Shown: one piece after another, positions 58,334 to 64,000 of the stretch | Layout: each line of letters begins with the position of its first letter | Numbering within the stretch: the stretch's first letter is position 1 | From: Candidatus Thalassarchaeum betae | GTDB taxonomy: Archaea > Thermoplasmatota > Poseidoniia > Poseidoniales > Thalassarchaeaceae | Reading direction: 5' to 3' | Length of the DNA: 64,000 nt | NCBI GenBank assembly: GCA_003193925.1 | Contig: PSPG01000004.1 | Span: forward strand, 51,720-115,719 | Position numbers and translations under genes: made by a program | The notes under the pieces: model-generated | The model's input: only the letters and a program-made list of their open reading frames with translations | Told to the model about the DNA's origin: nothing | Databases searched by the model: none

Positions 58334-59434
58334 GTGTCTGCGTGGCAGGCTCGACGGATGATGTTTACGAGACCGGCGAACTCAAAGCAGGAACCTTCTC
58401 GTCGGGGTGTGGTTCAGCACGACGAAGGCTGGTTCTACCAAGGTCAAGCGGCCCACAGGCTGTGGAACAAGTCGGCCATCGGGAGGTTGGTTGGAAGCGA
58501 GGGGCTACTACTCAGTTCCTCCGAAGTCATCTTCTGCCACGAGCACAGACACCTCGAGTGGCCGTTCGACTCATGGCTCTCCGAGCAACTGGGTGACAGA
58601 CCCCGGCTGCTCGAAGAGGCAGCGATTCTCGAGGCTCTCAGAGTCCCGGGCAACAGGATTGTTGTGCATTCAAACTTCGAAGCCATGGGATTGTCCTCAG
58701 CGGCTGCGAGTTGGGGACTGAGATGGCCTTCAGAGGAACACCCGAGTACGAGCGAAGCGACATATGAGGTAAGATGGTACCATGCGAGTGAGGAGCTGGA
58801 CATTGAGGATCTGTTTGAATGGTCGGAGCAAGTCCGAGAAGGCGGCAGGATGGCCGAGGTGCTGGTGGTGGACGACGAGCACGCGGTGGTGACCTACAGG
58901 GTCGGCGCTGTTGAGCCTGAAGGGGAGATGGGTGCTGTTCCAGATGATGACTTCGTGACTATCAGCGAACTAGGAGAGAGTTCCGGACTAGACAATGGAG
59001 GCAGTTTCATCCACTTCGAAGGAGATTGGCCAAATGACAGGGTCGGAATCCCATATCCCAGCGGCAGGATCATGGATCAACAGGCCTCGGAATTGGTCGA
59101 GGCCATGGCTAACGGATCTGCTGGCAGTTTATCGATTGGGGCTAGCATCCTCGGTGACCTGCTGAACAGAGGGCTGCATCCGCGTCCCGGATTCAAGTAC
59201 GGGACGAGATGGAGGTGCTACGACCGCCCGATGGGCGAGGACCACGCACCTTGGCTGGTCGTCCATCCCGCTGAAGGCCCTGTCGATTGGGAGGGTGCTT
59301 GCTTGGCCTCAAGACTCGCATCTGGGGTCAACAAGACCTGGTTGCATCCCCTGTTGGTGGAATCCGAATGGAGGTACCTATCGATTACGAGGCCACCAGC
59401 TGACTCTCGCTGGAACAACCCTCACAGAAGGTGA
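58334..59434 (+). CDS. endA: tRNA-splicing (intron) endonuclease, long two-repeat form
   Basis: The C-terminal 'RGLHPRPGFKYGTRWRCYDRPMGEDHAPWLVV' matches the catalytic-domain signature of archaeal EndA (GFVVKTGFKFGSEFRVY…HSEYLV). At 366 aa, with an N-terminal repeat, it resembles the homodimeric duplicated type. Confidence 0.65.
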   Translation: MSAWQARRMMFTRPANSKQEPSRRGVVQHDEGWFYQGQAAHRLWNKSAIGRLVGSEGLLLSSSEVIFCHEHRHLEWPFDSWLSEQLGDRPRLLEEAAILEALRVPGNRIVVHSNFEAMGLSSAAASWGLRWPSEEHPSTSEATYEVRWYHASEELDIEDLFEWSEQVREGGRMAEVLVVDDEHAVVTYRVGAVEPEGEMGAVPDDDFVTISELGESSGLDNGGSFIHFEGDWPNDRVGIPYPSGRIMDQQASELVEAMANGSAGSLSIGASILGDLLNRGLHPRPGFKYGTRWRCYDRPMGEDHAPWLVVHPAEGPVDWEGACLASRLASGVNKTWLHPLLVESEWRYLSITRPPADSRWNNPHRR

Positions 59435-61420
59435 CTATTCGGACGGAGGCGGTTTGAGAACGTCTGTTCGTCCGCCGCCCGCTATCGAAATTGCGACAAG
59501 CACGGAAATGACCAGCAGGCCATTTGATGGCTGTGCTAGCCAAGCCAGCCAGCCATCCCCCGAGAACGGCGATTCAGCCTCGAGGAGCAACGGGATGCGC
59601 TGCTCTATGCCGCTGCTGTCTAACAAGACGAGTTCCCCGCGAGCGAGCATCCCCGGCTCGAGCAACCCTGCTGGATCTATGTCGAGAGTTATCGAGTCGC
59701 CTGCGGACAAGGTTCCTTGCGTGGCGGCCGTGGCGATTCTCTCGGCAGCTCCTTCCACAGCTATCGAGTAGGTGCGCTCACCATCCCCCTCGTATTCAGG
59801 GGTGACTTGGACGGTGGAGGGAGAGTCCCAAGCGACGATGATCTCGAGCTGTGAGGTGGAAAGGCGATGGCCGACTCGGAACCAATCGAGGTCTATGTCC
59901 GTCAGAGCCTCGCCCTCGCATCCTATGGTGCCTCGCAGGTTGCCATGATCGCTGGGGCCGTCCGGGCTATACAGAATCACTATCTCGTACTCGCCTGAGG
60001 GAATCTCAATGTAATCGGGCTGAATCTGCCCTCCGCTCTGCGTCCACGATAGCGACACCTCCAATGTACATGGCTGAGAGGCTGTCACCTGAGCGTAGGA
60101 TGACTCACCCGGAATGAGTTGGATGGGGTTGTGGGGAGTCAGGACATCGACGCTTGACTGCCCCGAGGGCTGGATGGCCACAGTGGCACTGTCATCACCC
60201 AATGACTCGACTGTAGCAGTCCACTGAACCATTCTACCGCGGTTGTCCCGGATAATCATCCCACTATCTCCGAAAACTCCCCCCTCTGAGAACACGTCCC
60301 CTGGACTGCCGGTGTCCCTGCCTCTCTCGAGGGCTGCATCACCGTCGGCCTCGATGATCTTCACCCAAGCAGTGTCGGGGTCTGTGTTGACGAGGTTATC
60401 GAAGGAATTTCCGTTGTTCTCGTCCTGATGCTCGACTAGTATCCCGTGTCCCGGAAGGGCGGCATCGAACCCGGCATCCCCACGGAAGGTGACCCACAGG
60501 GTCTCTCCGGGAGCGAGTTCGATCGATAGGGGCCGACCACCGGCAGAAATCGGTGACATCTCAAAACTGCCCCCGACGAGGGGGTCGACTGCGGTGGAAC
60601 GGTGAGCGCCTATCAGTTCGAGAGTGGCCGAACCGGGCAAAGCGGGAATGTTTCCGTTGCCGTTCCAGTTGCCGCTGGCCATTATGTCCCAGTCGCCCAG
60701 TCCGTTCCAATTGGAGGATGGCAGAACGCTGTGCACGTCGTAGAGGTCGAGCGCTCCCATCTGGTGGAGCATCTCGTGGACCACCGTACCGATGCCCGAG
60801 TCCAAAGATGCAATGGTGTAATGGTTCACCGACCAGTCATCGAAGGACAGAGGCTCATCCAGCCAAGACATGTGGCTCCAGAGTGTATTGGCACCTCCTC
60901 CGGTCTCCTGAGCCCTTCCTGAATGGAGGATCAGCAGCCTGTCTATCGCACCGTCCCCGTTGAAGTCCCACTTGGAGAGGTCTTGGCCCTCCAGCATCGC
61001 CTTGCAGGCCTCCTCGACGAGTGCGGTAGCTCCTATGTCACGCTCGTCGGAGCTGTCCGCACCCCAATGCCCCTCTGATTGGGGCGCGGTCCACACGTCA
61101 CCGTACATGGTGACCATGAGGGTAGATGCTCCGCCGCTCATCTGCTCGATGTAGCTAGTCGCTGAGCCCTCGCCTAAGAGGATCGATTCAGCCTTGTTCT
61201 GGGAAAACGCCCTGTCAGGGAACTGGACCATGAGAACCAACCACTGCTCATCGCTCTGCAACTCAACCAGATCGAACGATTCGTCCGTCGGTTCGGCTAT
61301 CTCAGCCTCTATCCAATCGTCTATCACATCCGGATTGAGATTGGCCCAGACGCCCATCATCAGCACGGCTGCTACGATGGCTGCGCGTGCCGCGTTCATG
61401 GACCCACGTCCATGAATCAC
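59435..61420 (-). CDS. Secreted/membrane-anchored zinc metallopeptidase, M6 (immune inhibitor A)-like
   Basis: 661 aa with an N-terminal signal/TM and a C-terminal TM anchor. 'VHEMLHQMGALDLYD' resembles the M6 motif HEXXHxxGxxDxY. Confidence 0.6.
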   Translation of the reverse strand: MIHGRGSMNAARAAIVAAVLMMGVWANLNPDVIDDWIEAEIAEPTDESFDLVELQSDEQWLVLMVQFPDRAFSQNKAESILLGEGSATSYIEQMSGGASTLMVTMYGDVWTAPQSEGHWGADSSDERDIGATALVEEACKAMLEGQDLSKWDFNGDGAIDRLLILHSGRAQETGGGANTLWSHMSWLDEPLSFDDWSVNHYTIASLDSGIGTVVHEMLHQMGALDLYDVHSVLPSSNWNGLGDWDIMASGNWNGNGNIPALPGSATLELIGAHRSTAVDPLVGGSFEMSPISAGGRPLSIELAPGETLWVTFRGDAGFDAALPGHGILVEHQDENNGNSFDNLVNTDPDTAWVKIIEADGDAALERGRDTGSPGDVFSEGGVFGDSGMIIRDNRGRMVQWTATVESLGDDSATVAIQPSGQSSVDVLTPHNPIQLIPGESSYAQVTASQPCTLEVSLSWTQSGGQIQPDYIEIPSGEYEIVILYSPDGPSDHGNLRGTIGCEGEALTDIDLDWFRVGHRLSTSQLEIIVAWDSPSTVQVTPEYEGDGERTYSIAVEGAAERIATAATQGTLSAGDSITLDIDPAGLLEPGMLARGELVLLDSSGIEQRIPLLLEAESPFSGDGWLAWLAQPSNGLLVISVLVAISIAGGGRTDVLKPPPSE

Positions 61421-61424
61421 TCTT

Positions 61425-62642
61425 TCAATCCAATGCCGACAAGATTGGCTGATGCATCAAATCGCGGATGGAAGAGGCACGCCATGCCTCGTCAGAAGAT
61501 TCTGGAGCGTCCAGCCAGCCCAATCCGCCATATTCGCAGCCCATGGAATCAAGCGAGGACCTGAGAGATGGAGGGAGGGGAGTCGCGTCGCATCCTGCGA
61601 TGATAACATCCGAGAGTCTCTGATGCAGGACCAAGTCGGCCAACGCATCCTGCTCCGTCGGCTCTAGACAGAGGGCCGAGCACCTGGGCGCGGCCACGCC
61701 CTCGTGAACGGTGCCTGATGGAAATCGTGGGCAAGCACCCTCGCAACCGCAGTCGATGAAGGCGACCCTGTGCACAGAGCCATCCGAGGCGATCATGTCC
61801 TCGACATCGAACCTCCTGCGACCGAGCGGGGCTTCTGGCAAGGTGCGGGAGATTGCGTCAGCCACCGCCATGGATATGGCGGCGACTAGCAGCCTCAGGC
61901 CCTCGTACTCGACTGGGAGAGTGAGCAGCAAGAGTCCTCCGAAGATCAGCAGTATACGCACCCTGAGCCTCGCCTCACCGTGCTCCACGAGACCCAGCAA
62001 GCGAGCCATAGACAGAGAGAGGGTGGCGAGCATGACGGTTACGAGTAGCCAGGAGAACCCCAGAGCCAGTCTGAACAGAGCGCTGGCGTCGTATCTGGCT
62101 CCAACCCCCTCCAGAGCGTCAGCAGCCTCAGTTGCCTCGATGAACAGGGGAAGCAGGTAACCCCATGTCGCTAGGATCACCGCCGGGACCATGACCATAC
62201 TCAGGCAAAGCAGGACTGAGAGCCAAGTGCGCTCACGGGGAAGCAGCCCTGGACGAGCGAATCGCTGCAACTGGAAAGACAGTACCGGCATCACAGTTAG
62301 GAGGGCGAGTAAGATGGCCAAGGACCAGCGTATCTCCAACCACTCGAAGGGAGAGTACACAGACAGGTCGAGCGAGGCGGCGCCCAATGGAAGCGAGTTC
62401 AGCCACGCTCGCATCAGCGAGTCGGTGCCATACGCCCATGCGATTGCTGCGATGGCAATCAGTATGGCGGATTTGCGTATTGAGCGATGCAACTCAGACA
62501 GATGCTCGGACAAGGGCCTACGCCTGTCGGAGGATACTGCGAGTGTCATATCAGAGGATGTCCTTGACCTGTGGCTCAGCTCTGGCTGCCAACACCGTCC
62601 TGTAGACGCCGTAAGCCGCCCAGACGCTGATGAAGAAGGCAC
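61425..62642 (-). CDS. tatC: Sec-independent translocase TatC with a ~150-aa cysteine-rich C-terminal cytoplasmic extension
   Basis: 'PLSEHLSELHRSIRKSAILIAIAAIAWAY' is the TatC N-terminal signature and six TM helices follow. The C-terminal tail contains 'IDCGCEGACPRFPSG…CSALC…AGCDATP…MGCEYGG'. The start is probably the Met at 62549. Confidence 0.7.
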   Translation of the reverse strand: MPSSSASGRLTASTGRCWQPELSHRSRTSSDMTLAVSSDRRRPLSEHLSELHRSIRKSAILIAIAAIAWAYGTDSLMRAWLNSLPLGAASLDLSVYSPFEWLEIRWSLAILLALLTVMPVLSFQLQRFARPGLLPRERTWLSVLLCLSMVMVPAVILATWGYLLPLFIEATEAADALEGVGARYDASALFRLALGFSWLLVTVMLATLSLSMARLLGLVEHGEARLRVRILLIFGGLLLLTLPVEYEGLRLLVAAISMAVADAISRTLPEAPLGRRRFDVEDMIASDGSVHRVAFIDCGCEGACPRFPSGTVHEGVAAPRCSALCLEPTEQDALADLVLHQRLSDVIIAGCDATPLPPSLRSSLDSMGCEYGGLGWLDAPESSDEAWRASSIRDLMHQPILSALD

Positions 62643-63660
62643 AACCGATTGCGAACCCGGTAATGTCGGAGGTCCTAGTCCCCTCCTCGACGATAGTGGC
62701 CGGAGGGAATGCTATGGAAACATCGGAGGCCATCCAGCGGACCCCGATGGCGAATGCTGCAATGCAGAGCAAGCCTCTTCGGATGGCCTGGGGATAAGCA
62801 AGTTCGTTTGCCAGGAACTCAGGACCGTCGTCGTAGCGTCGGTCGAGGATCTCCTTCTGCACCACAGCTCCGACTATCAGAGCCACAAGACTGGTCCAGT
62901 ATAGCAGGTTGCCCTGCTCGAATATCCTCAGTGACAGCGCCGCTTGGCGGTCTGCCTCCTTCTGGGCGTCGGACTCCTCGATCAAGAACAGGGTGTCGTA
63001 GTCACCTACGGAGATGGTCCTAGTTTCGAGTGTTGCCGCATCGTCACCGGAAACTATGGATCCGGGCGGGCTGACAGTGAATGAGAGTAGGTTCCAGTAG
63101 TCGTTCTCGTCAGGCACCCCGGAGCCGTCAACTGAGTTGCCTGCCAACCAAAAGTTAACTCCGCCGACATCTTCAGCGGGCGCGGTCCAGTTCAGGAACC
63201 AGATGCCATCGGAGTCGATGCCGGACTGCGATATGTCATCAAGGGCATCATCTACCTCGCGAATGTCCTGATCATTGGCCCAAGTAAAGACCCCCATGCC
63301 CTCCGAAGAGAGAAGGAAACCTGCCTTTGTGTTGCCACTGCCGCCCGAAAGCGTCAGCGAGTCTGCAACGGTGATGGTGTACTGATAAGTCTCGTCGAGC
63401 CCATACATCACAGGGATGCCGGTGATCATTACCACCGATCTGTCCGAAGGGGCGCCGTTGTTGTGACAGGTGCAACCATACTTGACAGTCGGATCTCCGT
63501 TGTTGTTCTCGACAGGCGGTCCACCGGACATTGCCATGACGGGCAGGGCTAGCAATCCCAGCAGCACCAGGCAGATGGCCGCTTTATCCACAATCGACCG
63601 CATCATGTCACCCGTACCTCTGTCAGATGCCGGAGTCTCATAACCGTTGCTCGGTCGCAT
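62551..63660 (-). CDS. Hypothetical secreted protein with C-terminal TM helices
   Basis: 369 aa. An N-terminal signal-like hydrophobic segment is followed by a beta-rich extracytoplasmic domain containing 'KYGCTCHNNG' and then 2-3 TM helices. It lies directly upstream of tatC on the same strand. Confidence 0.5.
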   Translation of the reverse strand: MRPSNGYETPASDRGTGDMMRSIVDKAAICLVLLGLLALPVMAMSGGPPVENNNGDPTVKYGCTCHNNGAPSDRSVVMITGIPVMYGLDETYQYTITVADSLTLSGGSGNTKAGFLLSSEGMGVFTWANDQDIREVDDALDDISQSGIDSDGIWFLNWTAPAEDVGGVNFWLAGNSVDGSGVPDENDYWNLLSFTVSPPGSIVSGDDAATLETRTISVGDYDTLFLIEESDAQKEADRQAALSLRIFEQGNLLYWTSLVALIVGAVVQKEILDRRYDDGPEFLANELAYPQAIRRGLLCIAAFAIGVRWMASDVSIAFPPATIVEEGTRTSDITGFAIGCAFFISVWAAYGVYRTVLAARAEPQVKDIL

Positions 63661-63685
63661 CCCCTAGAAAGGGGATGCGGCATCC

Positions 63686-64000
63686 TCACAGCTCCTTGAT
63701 GGCCGAGTTGAGTTCGTTCATCATCTTCTTGCCGTCGCCGAACAGCATCATCGTCTTCTCCATGTAGAACAAGTCGTTGTCAACTCCAGCGTACCCCACG
63801 GACAGGCTTCGCTTGATAATCACTACCACCCTGGCCTTGTCTACGTCCAATATGGGCATCCCCGCCAGAGGGCCCTCACCCGTGCGAGCCACGGGATTCG
63901 TGGTGTCGTTGGCACCAATGACCAAGGCGACGTCGCAGTCAGTGAACTCCGAGTTGATGTCATCCATCTCGATCAGTTGCTCGTACGGGACGTTCGCCTC
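63686..64000 (-). CDS. pntB: NAD(P) transhydrogenase subunit beta (PntB), C-terminal portion (gene continues beyond the window)
   Basis: 'DVALVIGANDTTNP…GMPILDVDKARVVVIIKRSLSVGYAGVDNDLFY…MLFGDGKK' is the conserved NADP(H)-binding dIII C-terminus of PntB. Confidence 0.7.
   Translation of the reverse strand, partial: EANVPYEQLIEMDDINSEFTDCDVALVIGANDTTNPVARTGEGPLAGMPILDVDKARVVVIIKRSLSVGYAGVDNDLFYMEKTMMLFGDGKKMMNELNSAIKEL

Noticed and set aside
63245-63275. 'GCTCH' in the secreted protein as a c-type heme-binding site
   Set aside because: The motif is C-x-C-H, not the canonical C-x-x-C-H, so covalent heme attachment cannot be claimed. It is kept only as an oddity in the findings.
1-64000. CRISPR arrays, transposases, integrases and toxin-antitoxin pairs
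   Set aside because: Scanning found no regularly spaced direct repeats, no IS-like inverted repeats, and no recombinase-like ORFs. The window consists mainly of housekeeping genes.

Overview
This 64-kb window is a gene-dense archaeal chromosomal segment. It is not an accessory island and contains no CRISPR array, transposase or integrase. Many families are archaea- or eukaryote-specific: PriS primase, proteasome-activating nucleotidase, Kae1, Tsr3, archaeal MBF1, ribosomal proteins S17e/L31e/L39e/S19e, the archaeosine/preQ0 genes, geranylgeranyl reductase, tRNA-splicing endonuclease and archaeal-type CcmE. The mix of peptidases, surface proteins and histidine utilisation genes suggests a heterotrophic member of the Thermoplasmatota (Marine Group II-like); this is inference only.

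Main modules:
- A complete folate-dependent histidine degradation cluster (formimidoyltransferase, cyclodeaminase, hutU, hutH, alaX on the plus strand; hutI on the minus strand). The urocanase is the long, eukaryote-like form.
- A preQ0/archaeosine operon folE-queE-queC-msrB-queD with translationally overlapping genes, an embedded msrB and an upstream RHH gene.
- Methylmalonyl-CoA mutase plus epimerase.
- A ribosomal-protein operon S19e-L39e-L31e-S17e followed by a SpoU methyltransferase.
- A YdeP/FdhF-type molybdoenzyme with FdhD, next to the Fe-S carrier pair IscA-YgfZ.
- Three aminoacyl-tRNA synthetases (MetRS, ValRS), PAN, a type IA topoisomerase, PyrD, SOD, and menaquinone (futalosine-pathway) genes MqnD-like and MqnC/E.
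- A minus-strand operon of secreted protein, TatC with a cysteine-rich C-terminal extension, and M6-like metallopeptidase.

Genes absent from the ORF track that I found: tRNA-Val(GAC) at 16018..16090 (-), ribosomal protein L39e at 27009..27164 (-), and a signal recognition particle (7S) RNA on the minus strand in the 368-bp gap between the EVE-domain gene and ccmE. The SRP RNA call rests on the universally conserved helix-8 motif. No single clearly novel multi-gene system stands out. The most unusual loci are the TatC-fusion operon, a stand-alone PqqD/RRE-like gene, a low-GC 470-bp region beside tRNA-Val with a tiny 4-Cys ORF, and an unknown protein after kae1.
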